DNA of 64,000 nt from positions 864,001 through 928,000 of the forward strand of contig CBDFJR010000002.1 in assembly GCA_965248535.1 (NCBI GenBank). Direction: 5' to 3'. Position 1 is the first letter of the stretch. The number at the start of each line of letters is the position of its first letter. Positions 21,489-30,940 of the stretch are shown in pieces. This DNA comes from Phormidesmis sp. (GTDB lineage: Bacteria; Cyanobacteriota; Cyanobacteriia; Leptolyngbyales; Leptolyngbyaceae). The translations under genes were made by a program, and so were the position numbers. The notes under the pieces are model-generated. The model saw only the letters and a program-made list of their open reading frames with translations. It had not been told where the DNA came from and did no database searches.

Positions 21489-21626
21489 ATACCAATTTCG
21501 GATGTAATTGCGACTGATCGTTCAATCCGACGGGGCACGGCATGCCATGCCCCTACGCTTTTTGTACGGGCACGGCACTGCCGTGCCCTCGTGCGGATCT
21601 GTCGCATTCACAAATCAAATTGGTAT
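21489..21626. mobile_element. MITE-like element with ~31-bp imperfect TIRs carrying two REP-like hairpins
   Basis: Left ATACCAATTTCGGATGTAATTGCGACTGATC vs reverse complement of right ATACCAATTTGATTTGTGAATGCGACAGATC; internal GGGCACGGCA..TGCC.TGCCC hairpins at 21532-21556 and 21564-21589. Confidence 0.72.
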
Positions 21627-21796
21627 GACTCACTTCAGACAGGTTTGCTGAACCGCAAGCAGTGCGAATTTGGAAAGCCCCTTGATTTTTGATGCTTTCT
21701 ATCGCAAGCTGGTCAGAAACGTTAAGAATTTTGCCCCTTTTATGATTACGGTTTGTTGCCTTTTGGGGTTTGTTTGTGCCCGTTAGCTCTGTTTCT

Positions 21797-22444
21797 ATGC
21801 GCTCTTGTTTGCTCAAAACTAAAGGCTTAACGCCCTACTTAGAAGCCTGGGCTTGGCAGCAACAGCTAGTCAACGATCGCAAACTTAACCCTGAGTTAGA
21901 CGATGTTTTGATCTTGCTAGAACATCTGCCTGTTTACACCTTAGGGCAGGGGGCAACGACAGACTTTCTCAAGTTTGATGCGACTCAACCTGAGCATGAA
22001 TTGCATCGCATTGAGCGAGGCGGCGAGGTGACTTATCACTGCCCAGGGCAACTGGTGGGCTACCCAATTTTAAATTTGCAGCACCACCGCAAAGATCTGC
22101 ACTGGTATTTGCGACAGTTAGAAGACGTGATCATTCGAGTCTTGGCTGTTTATCGACTGGAGGGAACGCGCATTTCGGGCTTAACAGGGGTTTGGGTCGA
22201 GGGTCGAAAAGTGGCCGCGATCGGCATCAAGGTCAGCCGTTGGATCACCATGCACGGCTTTGCGCTGAATGTCTGCCCTGATTTAGCTGGGTTCGATCGC
22301 ATTGTTCCCTGCGGCATTGCTGATCGGCCTGTGGGCAGTTTGGCGCAGTTTGTTCCTGACATTGCGATCGCGCAGGTGCGTCAAGAAGTCGCGATCGCGT
22401 TTGCCGAGGTGTTTGGCGTAAATCTCATTAGCAACCCGATTTAA
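21797..22444 (+). CDS. lipB: Lipoyl(octanoyl) transferase
   Basis: LEHx[39 protein letters not shown]. Confidence 0.95.
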   Translation: MRSCLLKTKGLTPYLEAWAWQQQLVNDRKLNPELDDVLILLEHLPVYTLGQGATTDFLKFDATQPEHELHRIERGGEVTYHCPGQLVGYPILNLQHHRKDLHWYLRQLEDVIIRVLAVYRLEGTRISGLTGVWVEGRKVAAIGIKVSRWITMHGFALNVCPDLAGFDRIVPCGIADRPVGSLAQFVPDIAIAQVRQEVAIAFAEVFGVNLISNPI

Positions 22445-22447
22445 ATC

Positions 22448-22954
22448 ATGAATACCGACTTTCTTCAACGACTTCAGGCAACGCCGATTACGCCCGAAAG
22501 CTTTCAGCCCTATGGTCAGGTGATTAGTGCTTTAGAGGATGGACAACTCTATGGCGATCGCGATGCTCAACTTCAGATCCAAGCTGGGATTCCCCGGTTT
22601 TACATTATGCGATTGCACGATCGGGGCCGCAGGTTTCATCACATCACCCGCCATAGACTCTGCACGCAGTGTTTAGGATCGCTCAATGGCAAAGATTGGC
22701 TGATGGCAGTGGCCACAGGAGCAAGCGACCATCCCGACCTAGAAAGCCTCAAAGCGTTTCACATTCCTGGCAATTGTTTCATCAAGCTTAATGTAGACAC
22801 TTGGCACGCCGGGCCGCTTTTTGATGCCAGTGCCCTAGAGTTTTATAGTTTAGAACTCAGCGACACCAACCTCACTGACCACGAAACCTGCAATTTGCTG
22901 ACAACCTACCGGGTAGAGTATGAGATTGTTGGTGGTGTAGCTTCAGAAAACTAA
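22448..22954 (+). CDS. Ureidoglycolate lyase/hydrolase family protein
   Basis: ITPESFQPYGQVI, TRH..CTQCL, TWHAGP. Confidence 0.75.
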   Translation: MNTDFLQRLQATPITPESFQPYGQVISALEDGQLYGDRDAQLQIQAGIPRFYIMRLHDRGRRFHHITRHRLCTQCLGSLNGKDWLMAVATGASDHPDLESLKAFHIPGNCFIKLNVDTWHAGPLFDASALEFYSLELSDTNLTDHETCNLLTTYRVEYEIVGGVASEN

Positions 22955-23014
22955 TCCGCTTCTTAACTTCACTGCTGAGAGAACAAGACCCTTGAAATCC
23001 TCAGAGCGGTCGGA

Positions 23015-23377
23015 CTAACTGGCTTTCATCTCGTCTAAAATCATCAGACCGTGGGTTTCTACAGTCGAGGCACCTTGAACTGCCAAGGCCACGCTGACCA
23101 ACTGAGTTAAGAGTTGCCAGCTAGAAATTTGGCCTAAAAAAATGATCACTCTGCCGCGTTGAAGCACGCTCAGTTGAGCAATCTCACTAGCTTCAAACTG
23201 CTCTCTGAACGTTAACATCACCCGATTAGCCAACCCACTGTGATCATACTCACCGTTCAAACCCACTCGTTCAGGCGGAATCATTCTAGACAGAGCGATC
23301 GCTGCATAGGAAACGCTCTCTGTCGGTCGCTTTGATCGAGTCAAGTTTTGCGTTGATGGCTGCACCCAAGAGTTCAT
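23015..23377 (-). CDS. Hypothetical protein, BON/phospholipid-binding-like
   Basis: IPPERVGLNGEYDHSGLA motif seen in cyanobacterial BON-like proteins. Confidence 0.6.
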   Translation of the reverse strand: MNSWVQPSTQNLTRSKRPTESVSYAAIALSRMIPPERVGLNGEYDHSGLANRVMLTFREQFEASEIAQLSVLQRGRVIIFLGQISSWQLLTQLVSVALAVQGASTVETHGLMILDEMKAS

Positions 23378-23602
23378 AGATTTCTGACAGTTTTGCAATA
23401 AAGGTTGGCGGAAGTAGTGTGTCTTATCTCATTTAAGATTTTGAAAAGAGTTTTCACAATCCATCCCAAGATAGAGGTTGATATATGTATCTGATGATAC
23501 GTCGCGCTTTCACGGTCAGGCTGATCTGCTAGCCTTTGCCTCATTTTTAGCAAATAGACTTCCTTAAAAGCTATCCCCTTTTGTGGTGAGGACAGGATCA
23601 AT

Positions 23603-25876
23603 CTACTGAACAACTTGCTTCATATAATTGCCCCAAAGTTGAGCCGCCTGCCCACTGTTGCCGCCCGTAGGGGCATTGTTGTCGTTGCCGAGCCAAACCC
23701 CAGTCACTAGCGATCGACTCGGCACATAGCCAATAAACCACAGATCCACGTTGTCATTGGTGGTGCCCGTCTTCCCAGCTTCGCCTAGCCCCAGAGCCGC
23801 ACTGCGCCCGGTGCCGCTTTGCACGACACCCTGCAAAAGCGTCGTCATGACATCAGCAACGGCTGGGTCAAGAACAGTTTCGCTTGCGCCTCCATCTTGC
23901 TGAGAGTCATAAATGACGCGGCAGGTGTTGAGGTTCTTACGATCGGGGCAGTCACTGCTGTCTAAAATGCGGCTAATGGTGTGGGGTCGAGTGCGAATGC
24001 CGCGATTGGCCAGCACTGCAAAGGCTCCCGTCATCTCTAAAGGCGTGACTTCGCTTTGACCGAGCACCAGCCCCGGCACCGGGTTTAACTTAGACTGAAT
24101 GCCCATTTTTTGAGCAGTCTCAGCAATTTTGCTTAAGCCCACTTCTTGAGCCACTCTTAGCGCAATCACGTTTTCTGACTGGGCTATCCCGGTGTATAAA
24201 TTCAAACTGCCGCTGCCAGCATGACATCCGGCATAATACTGTCCGCCCCAGTCTAACGGAGCACAGGAATAGGCTGTGCTGGGTGAAATGCCCTGAGCGA
24301 TCGCTGCCGTGTAGGTAAAGATTTTGAAGGTCGAACCGGGTTGACGATGGGCTTGGGTGACGCGGTTAAATTCGCTTTCTTGGTAGTCATAGCCGCCCAC
24401 CATTGAGCGAACTTCGCCCGTTTTGGCTTCGATCGTCACCAGCGATCCCTGAGAATATCCGGCGCTGGCTCCGTTGTTGGTGATCGCGTCTCGCAGACTG
24501 GTTTCGGCTTTGGCCTGCATTTGGGTGTCGAGTCCGGTTTGGACAATGAAGTTGCCTTCTTGGGCGAGTTGGTTGCCCAGCAGGTCTTCTAGCTCGTTAA
24601 ACACCTGACTGTAGTAGTAAGGCGCGATCGTGCTTTGCAATTCTTGTCGCGCTCTAGGGCTGATGTCGATGCGCGATCGCCGAGCGCGTTGAGCATCTTC
24701 TTGAGACACCGCGCCCTGTTCTGCCATGCGACTAATCACACGATCGCGATATTCGATCGCCGCTTTATAGTTTCGCACCGGGTTAAAACTGTTGGGAGCA
24801 GGCAAAATGCCAACCAAGGTGGCCGCTTCTGCGAGGCTCAACTGTTTAGCTGATTTGCCAAAATAGAACTGGGCCGCATCTTCAAAGCCATAGATACCGC
24901 TGCCTAAATAGACGCGGTTGAGATAGGTTCTCAGCAAAAACTCTTTGCTGTAGACCGTTTCGAGCTTGAGAGCCACGATCGCTTCTCGAATCTTGCGACC
25001 CGCCGAATCTTGACGACCAACATATTCACTCAGCAGGTTTCGGGCTAATTGTTGCGTGACCGTGCTGCCTCCCTCGCGGATTTCGCCGCCCCGAATGTTG
25101 GCGATCAGAGCGCGCAGAGTGCCGATCGGGTCTACGCCTAAATGCCAATAGTAGCGAGAATCTTCAGAGGCCATGATCGCTCGCGGCAAATAGGGCGAAA
25201 ACTCGCCTAGCTGCGGCAGTTCGGCGTGGGTTTGGGTGCGAGGCGTGCGCAGCGTTTGCCCTTCTCTCGAAAACACCACCACCGGGCCCTGCACCGACAC
25301 AGGCAGCGGGTAGACGCTAAATCGCTGCCACTCAAGCCCGATCGCCAACACCACGATCGCCGTCACCCCACTCACCCCAAACAGCCCATAGCGAATCGCC
25401 TGCGTATACCACGGACGCGGATCGACATACTGCAACCGCACAGCCGCCGCCAACTCTGGTGGGCCTAGCGACAGCACATCCCCGTCATAGAGCATGGTGG
25501 TTTTGAGTCGCCGCTTGCCCCGATAAACGCCATTAGTCGAGTCTTCATCCCTTAGCTCAAAGCGAGTTCGCCCTAAGAGCGTGGCAATTTTTTGCCGCCG
25601 ATGCCGATGTAGGGATAGATGCACCTGACTGACGACGGGATTGCGAACCACGATGTCACAGGATTTGGAACTGCGCCCCAGCAAATAGCGATCGCCCAAT
25701 AGGGGAAACTTATCGGCGGTGGTCGCGTCGGCTTCTTGCACTAAAAGCTCTGGCACCTTGGCGTTGGTTTTGAGCCGCAGCTTTGAAAAATTGATCTTAG
25801 TGAGGGTTTGCACCGCCTGGGTCAGGCTGCCCAAGAGGGTTTGTGATTTGCGGGGCGGAAGGGGCGGCTGGGTCAT
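23603..25876 (-). CDS. FHA domain-fused class A penicillin-binding protein
   Basis: FHA (LGRS...VSQVH...DSTNG), TM, transglycosylase (EDSRY, GGSTVTQQLA), transpeptidase (STFK, SEN, KTG). Confidence 0.92.
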   Translation of the reverse strand: MTQPPLPPRKSQTLLGSLTQAVQTLTKINFSKLRLKTNAKVPELLVQEADATTADKFPLLGDRYLLGRSSKSCDIVVRNPVVSQVHLSLHRHRRQKIATLLGRTRFELRDEDSTNGVYRGKRRLKTTMLYDGDVLSLGPPELAAAVRLQYVDPRPWYTQAIRYGLFGVSGVTAIVVLAIGLEWQRFSVYPLPVSVQGPVVVFSREGQTLRTPRTQTHAELPQLGEFSPYLPRAIMASEDSRYYWHLGVDPIGTLRALIANIRGGEIREGGSTVTQQLARNLLSEYVGRQDSAGRKIREAIVALKLETVYSKEFLLRTYLNRVYLGSGIYGFEDAAQFYFGKSAKQLSLAEAATLVGILPAPNSFNPVRNYKAAIEYRDRVISRMAEQGAVSQEDAQRARRSRIDISPRARQELQSTIAPYYYSQVFNELEDLLGNQLAQEGNFIVQTGLDTQMQAKAETSLRDAITNNGASAGYSQGSLVTIEAKTGEVRSMVGGYDYQESEFNRVTQAHRQPGSTFKIFTYTAAIAQGISPSTAYSCAPLDWGGQYYAGCHAGSGSLNLYTGIAQSENVIALRVAQEVGLSKIAETAQKMGIQSKLNPVPGLVLGQSEVTPLEMTGAFAVLANRGIRTRPHTISRILDSSDCPDRKNLNTCRVIYDSQQDGGASETVLDPAVADVMTTLLQGVVQSGTGRSAALGLGEAGKTGTTNDNVDLWFIGYVPSRSLVTGVWLGNDNNAPTGGNSGQAAQLWGNYMKQVVQ

Positions 25877-26006
25877 GCGGGTCGAGGGCACAGGTTGCAA
25901 GAAATTAAGCGAATCTTAAGACCCATTCTAGTCAAGATCGAGATCGGGCGCGATCGTTCTAGAGAGGTCTTTTCTGCTTCACCGCGCCGCCCCTGAATTC
26001 CTGAAA

Positions 26007-26294
26007 TTATTTGTTGAAGGGATCGTGTTGGGTCAACATTTTTTCGATTTTGGCTTCATCGACTCTAGACACCAAGCGCTTTGATTCATGCACGTCGCGA
26101 GTGGTTTTAGCCAGGCTAAACGTTGACCCTACTGAGAACAAAAGGCCCATTCCCATGTATCCTTTAACCCAACTATCGGCCGGGAGATTGAGAATTCCAA
26201 ACGAGGTGGCTGAGACTGAAAGTAGAAATGAGACCCAGCCTTGAATGATCCAGGCAGTGGTGGGTGCGTCTTGACTAACCCCGTATTTCTTCAT
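26007..26294 (-). CDS. YiaA/YiaB family inner membrane protein
   Basis: Two TM helices; KGYMGMG..FSVGSTFSLAKTTRD..E; start at MKKYG. Confidence 0.8.
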   Translation of the reverse strand: MKKYGVSQDAPTTAWIIQGWVSFLLSVSATSFGILNLPADSWVKGYMGMGLLFSVGSTFSLAKTTRDVHESKRLVSRVDEAKIEKMLTQHDPFNK

Positions 26295-26367
26295 AACTTT
26301 ATCTGGGTAGAGGAGTAAGAATTGTGAACTACAAGCGCTGCGTCTGAGTCTCTCTAGACTAATTGAA

Positions 26368-26440
26368 GTGCCCCAAGAGACAGGGCCGAAAGAGGACACT
26401 ATTCCGGTCTGGCACGTTTCCGTCCTCATTCTCTCGGCAC
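26368..26440 (-). ncRNA. Candidate structured RNA (Y RNA-like, end-paired) upstream of YiaA/B gene
   Basis: Minus strand GTGCCGAGAGAATGAGGACGGAAACGT...GTCCTCTTTCGGCCCTGTCTCTTGGGGCAC; 5'/3' ends complementary plus inner GAGGAC/GTCCTC stem. Confidence 0.45.
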
Positions 26441-26689
26441 AAAATAGCTGCAAAAATAATGGGCAGGTTTGACGATCGCGGTTTTTTATGAAATCTTTTG
26501 ATCCCCGTAACGAGAGCTACTCAGATCCCTAACGGGGCTGATTAGACTAGTGGAACAGACCAGATACGTCCCTTGCTCAACCGTTTACCTGTAGGCAGAC
26601 CTGCCTTGACTGCCGACCCAATCGCGGTTTGGCTTTTGCCCGATCGCTGCATTTCTGCCCGTTAAGCTCAGAGTTTTCATAGATAACCC

Positions 26690-28039
26690 ATGGACAACAC
26701 ACCTGAAAAGCCACCCCAGCATCGCGTCGTAGTCATCGGCGGCGGCTTTGGCGGACTGTATGCTGCAAAGGCTCTCCGCCACGCCCCTGTCGAGGTCACT
26801 CTCATTGACAAGCGCAATTTCCATCTATTTCAACCGCTGCTCTATCAAGTGGCTACAGGAACGCTCTCTCCGGCTGATATTTCTTCGCCGCTGCGATCGA
26901 TTCTTAGCCGCAGCAAAAATACCAGTGTGCTGATGGAGGAAGTGGCGGACATCGATCCCGATCGCCAAATTGTCAACCTGCGTGAGCAAGCGTTGCCCTA
27001 TGACACCCTGATCGTGGCTACGGGGGTGAGCCATCACTACTTCGGCAACGAGCACTGGAAAGAAAACGCGCCAGGACTCAAAACTGTTGAAGATGCCCTA
27101 GAAATGCGTCGCCGTATCTTTATAGCCTTTGAAGCCGCCGAAAAGGAACTCGACCCCGAAAAGCGGAAAGCCTGGTTGACCTTTGTGGTGGTGGGAGGCG
27201 GCCCGACAGGGGTTGAGCTAGCAGGGGCGATCGCCGAACTAGCCTACAAGACTTTAAAAGAAGATTTCCGTAGCATCGACACCACCGAAACGCGGATCTT
27301 GCTGCTGGAGGGACTCGATCGCATCTTGCCGCCCTATGCACCTGAGTTGTCTGCCAAAGCCGAGGCAACGCTGACCGCTCGCGGAGTCACTGTGCAAACC
27401 AGCACCAAAGTCACCAATATCGCCGATCATGTCGTGACGATCGAGCGCCAAGGCGGGGTTGAGCAGATTGCGTCTCAAACGATTTTGTGGGCGGCGGGGG
27501 TGAAAGCTTCGGCCATGGGCGAAGTGTTAGCCAAACAGACGGGGGCAAGCCTTGACCGATCGGGGCGCGTCATCGTCGAGCCGGATCTGAGCCTGCCAAA
27601 TCACCCCAACATTTTTGTGATTGGCGATCTGGCGCACTTTGCCCATCAGGGTGAAAAACCGCTACCCGGAGTCGCTCCCGTCGCGATGCAGCAAGGCGAA
27701 TATGTAGCCAAACTGATTCAAAAACGCCTTAAGGACAAAGTGCTGCCCGCTTTTTCTTATTTTGAGGTGGGCAGTTTGGCGGTGATTGGGCAAAATGCGG
27801 CAGTCGTCGATCTAGGGTTCATCCGCTTTTCGGGCATCATTGCCTGGTTTGTGTGGGTGGTGGCTCACATCTATTATTTGATCGAGTTTGATAACAAGCT
27901 GATTGTGATGATTCAGTGGGGGTGGAATTATTTCACTCGCAATCGGGGCGCACGCCTGATCACCCATCGAGAGTCCGTAGGTTCGCCCGGCGAAGAGACG
28001 CGAGTTGCGGTAGACGAAAAGCAGCCAGTAGAGGTTTAG
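26690..28039 (+). CDS. Type II NADH dehydrogenase (NDH-2)
   Basis: VIGGGFGG, FQPLLYQVATG, VVGGGPTGVELAG, IFVIGD, APVAMQQG. Confidence 0.92.
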   Translation: MDNTPEKPPQHRVVVIGGGFGGLYAAKALRHAPVEVTLIDKRNFHLFQPLLYQVATGTLSPADISSPLRSILSRSKNTSVLMEEVADIDPDRQIVNLREQALPYDTLIVATGVSHHYFGNEHWKENAPGLKTVEDALEMRRRIFIAFEAAEKELDPEKRKAWLTFVVVGGGPTGVELAGAIAELAYKTLKEDFRSIDTTETRILLLEGLDRILPPYAPELSAKAEATLTARGVTVQTSTKVTNIADHVVTIERQGGVEQIASQTILWAAGVKASAMGEVLAKQTGASLDRSGRVIVEPDLSLPNHPNIFVIGDLAHFAHQGEKPLPGVAPVAMQQGEYVAKLIQKRLKDKVLPAFSYFEVGSLAVIGQNAAVVDLGFIRFSGIIAWFVWVVAHIYYLIEFDNKLIVMIQWGWNYFTRNRGARLITHRESVGSPGEETRVAVDEKQPVEV

Positions 28040-28075
28040 ATTCGGGCATTCCGTGGGGCATCTTGGGCGGTGCCC

Positions 28076-30916
28076 CTAAGGAGTGATCTTAAACATTTCG
28101 ACCGATTCTTGTAGCTCTTGGGCCACTTCTACGGTTTGGCGCAGCGCTCCAGAGACGCGACGCGACGATTCTGACGTGCGGGCAGAGACTTGGGTGACAT
28201 CTTTGATTAAGTCAGTCACCGATCGAGAGGTTTGCGCCTGCGAGACGGTGGCTTGAGAAATCGACTGCACCAGTGCATCAATTTGACGAGACACATGAAC
28301 CATGTGCATCAGGCTTTGTTTAGCATTTTTGACGGAGTGAGCGCCCTCAACGACCTGATGGGTTCCCTGACCCATGGCTTCGACGACCGATCGAGTTTCT
28401 TGCTGAATGGTTTCAACTAGGGCGGCGATCTCGCGAGTTGCTGCGCCCGATCGGGCCGCCAGTTCCCCAACTTCGCTAGCCACGATCGCAAAGCCGCGTC
28501 CATAGTCTCCGGCACGGGAGGCCTCAATGCTGGCGTTAATGGCTAGCAGATCGGTTTGCACAGCGATTTCATTAATCAACGACACGACTCTCGAAATTTG
28601 CTGTGACGCTTCGCCCAGTTGCTTAACTTTTTTGGCCGTTTGCTCGATCGTGGTTCTCAAATTCAGAATAATTTGCACGGTGGCATCCATTTCTAGCTCT
28701 CCCGTTTCGGCAGTGGTCGAGGCATTGCGGGCCACGATCGCCGCCTGATGAGCGCTGTCAGCGACGGCTTGAATCGAGACCGTCATTTGCTCGATCGAGT
28801 CGAGAATGTGCGTAGTTTCAGAGGCTTGCTTGAGGGCTTGGTCGGCTAACTGCTGCATATCGCCCTCGTTTGCCCCCAGCAGACTGTTAACCTGAAGCGT
28901 AGAGTGCTTCACCTTTTGGACGATTTGGCGCAGGCTTTCGACGATCGCGTTAAAGAAGTCTGCCACAGTGCCCATGTCTCCGTCCGACACGTCAGCCCGC
29001 ACGGTGAGATCGCCTCTGGTGGCCCCTTCGACTTCTGCCAAGAGCGCCAAAATTTGCTGTTGCAGCGATTCTTTGAGCGCTTCTGAGGTTTGCAGAGAGT
29101 CTTGTCTCTCTTGCATGAGATCTGCCTGATCGAGCGCATAGCCAATTTGAATGGCCAATTGCGCCAGAAAATCAGTTTCCCAAACCTGCCACTGACGCGG
29201 ACGCGCTTGATGAGCACACAGCAGCCCAATCACCCGATCGTGCTGCTTAAGCGGGACGGCAATCTCGGCTCTGGCATCCAACTGGTCTAAGACGGCTTGA
29301 TGATTTTCAGTCAGCGGGTCTTGGGTTGAATTTTCCACAGACCAAGTAGTCTGATTAGAGTAATAGTCAATTCGATCAAACCCCAGGGGATTTTGAATCT
29401 TTTTTTGAATCGATTTTGTGTAGCCTGGCACGATCGCTTCTGCAATCACAACTCCATTCATCAAATCATCTTCAAACCGATAAACGAGGACTCGATCAAC
29501 TCTAAGAAACTCGCGGCTTTCATGAGCAGCAGTTTGCAAAATGGTGGTGGCATTCAAAGAACGACGCATTCGCACGGTGATGTCGGTCAAGCCTCTCGCT
29601 TCTTTAGCCTGCAACTCTTGACAAGCCGCTTCATCGGCCAGAGCCGACTCACTGAGATTAATGCTCTCAGCCATGCGATTAAATGCGATCGCCAATTGCC
29701 CGACTTCATCTTGTGAAAACACCTCAGCCCGCACTAGGCGATCGCCCTGGGCAAACTCTTGGGTCGCTTGTTCTAAATGCTGAATGGGCCTTAGAATCGC
29801 CTGGCGGAAGATAGCGCTCCAAGTCGCAATCACGGCTAGCGACAGCATTAAGACAATAATCTCTTGCTGAAAACTAGTAGAGAGAAGACTGTTGAGGGCG
29901 TTTTCTGGAGTGCCTCGCACTAAGATGGCGGTGGGCTGAGTGTAGACCGGAACCGACCCTTCAGGCGTTTCTAAGACCCGGTTAGGCATCGCTTGAGCCG
30001 CGATCGTATAAGCCTGATCCCCGATGGTTAGGCGCTGGGTGACGGCTTCTCCTTTGGCATTGGCGGCGGTCTCTAGCAGCGTGGTGTTGGGCAGAGCAAT
30101 ATTGGGCTGTGCCTGCTTAAACTCAACGCCTTGAGGTTGGTTGAGAGCGGTCGCTAAGGAAAACTCTCCGGTCGGGTGACGCAGATAAATAGCGCTATAT
30201 CCGCCCGCAAACGATTTGAGCGTGCCTTCGACGATCGGGAGTTTGCCATTCACCACATCGCCGAAGATCAGCACCCCGATCGCTTCTTGATTGTCAGGGT
30301 TTTTGATCGGCGTGACAACATAGCGAATCAGCGCGTCTTGTTTGTTAAATTCTTGCGGCAGGGGCGGGTTTTCTCTAGCCAGTTCGTCAGCTTTGACCAC
30401 TTCGCTGGCTTTGATCTGCCGGACTTCTTGCAGCGATTGTTTAATGATCTCAACTAAGGCTGGAGAGGTGATCGTCTCGCCCGATCGATTAGCGTTAGCA
30501 TTAGCAATTATTTTGAAGTCTTTGCCCACTAGAGTTGCATATTCTATCTTTCGAGCTTTAACTTCATTTTGCAGGGTTTGTTTAACTTGGGATTGCAAAT
30601 CTGCGGCTAGCCGTTGCTGTTGCTGATGAATTTTAACCGCGTTGACGATTTGAATATTGTCAGACTGACCTCTCGAACCAAATCCCATTTGATTCACTTT
30701 AATGTTGTAGTTGGTTTCAGTTACGGCCACTTCTGATTTTGCTTGGGCTAATAGCTGAGTTCTTAAACTATTGGTTAACACAACGGTTGAGCCGATCCCC
30801 AAGCCTAAGAGGGGCACTAGCTCACAGATGATCATGGCGAAGGTTTGTTTGCGCCCGATCGGAGCATCATAAAACCATCGCAAAAGGGCAGGTCGATGTT
30901 TTGAAGCCAGAGTCAT
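28076..30916 (-). CDS. Methyl-accepting chemotaxis protein (periplasmic sensor, HAMP, Cys-less GAF, MA domain)
   Basis: Two TMs, [39 protein letters not shown] signalling motif. Confidence 0.92.
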   Translation of the reverse strand: MTLASKHRPALLRWFYDAPIGRKQTFAMIICELVPLLGLGIGSTVVLTNSLRTQLLAQAKSEVAVTETNYNIKVNQMGFGSRGQSDNIQIVNAVKIHQQQQRLAADLQSQVKQTLQNEVKARKIEYATLVGKDFKIIANANANRSGETITSPALVEIIKQSLQEVRQIKASEVVKADELARENPPLPQEFNKQDALIRYVVTPIKNPDNQEAIGVLIFGDVVNGKLPIVEGTLKSFAGGYSAIYLRHPTGEFSLATALNQPQGVEFKQAQPNIALPNTTLLETAANAKGEAVTQRLTIGDQAYTIAAQAMPNRVLETPEGSVPVYTQPTAILVRGTPENALNSLLSTSFQQEIIVLMLSLAVIATWSAIFRQAILRPIQHLEQATQEFAQGDRLVRAEVFSQDEVGQLAIAFNRMAESINLSESALADEAACQELQAKEARGLTDITVRMRRSLNATTILQTAAHESREFLRVDRVLVYRFEDDLMNGVVIAEAIVPGYTKSIQKKIQNPLGFDRIDYYSNQTTWSVENSTQDPLTENHQAVLDQLDARAEIAVPLKQHDRVIGLLCAHQARPRQWQVWETDFLAQLAIQIGYALDQADLMQERQDSLQTSEALKESLQQQILALLAEVEGATRGDLTVRADVSDGDMGTVADFFNAIVESLRQIVQKVKHSTLQVNSLLGANEGDMQQLADQALKQASETTHILDSIEQMTVSIQAVADSAHQAAIVARNASTTAETGELEMDATVQIILNLRTTIEQTAKKVKQLGEASQQISRVVSLINEIAVQTDLLAINASIEASRAGDYGRGFAIVASEVGELAARSGAATREIAALVETIQQETRSVVEAMGQGTHQVVEGAHSVKNAKQSLMHMVHVSRQIDALVQSISQATVSQAQTSRSVTDLIKDVTQVSARTSESSRRVSGALRQTVEVAQELQESVEMFKITP

Positions 30917-30940
30917 AGCGATTAAAAAGGGTAGGGTAAA

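Noticed and set aside
26295..26453. Upstream extension of the YiaA/B ORF given by the ORF track
   Set aside because: No family resemblance before MKKYG; the region is better explained as a structured leader
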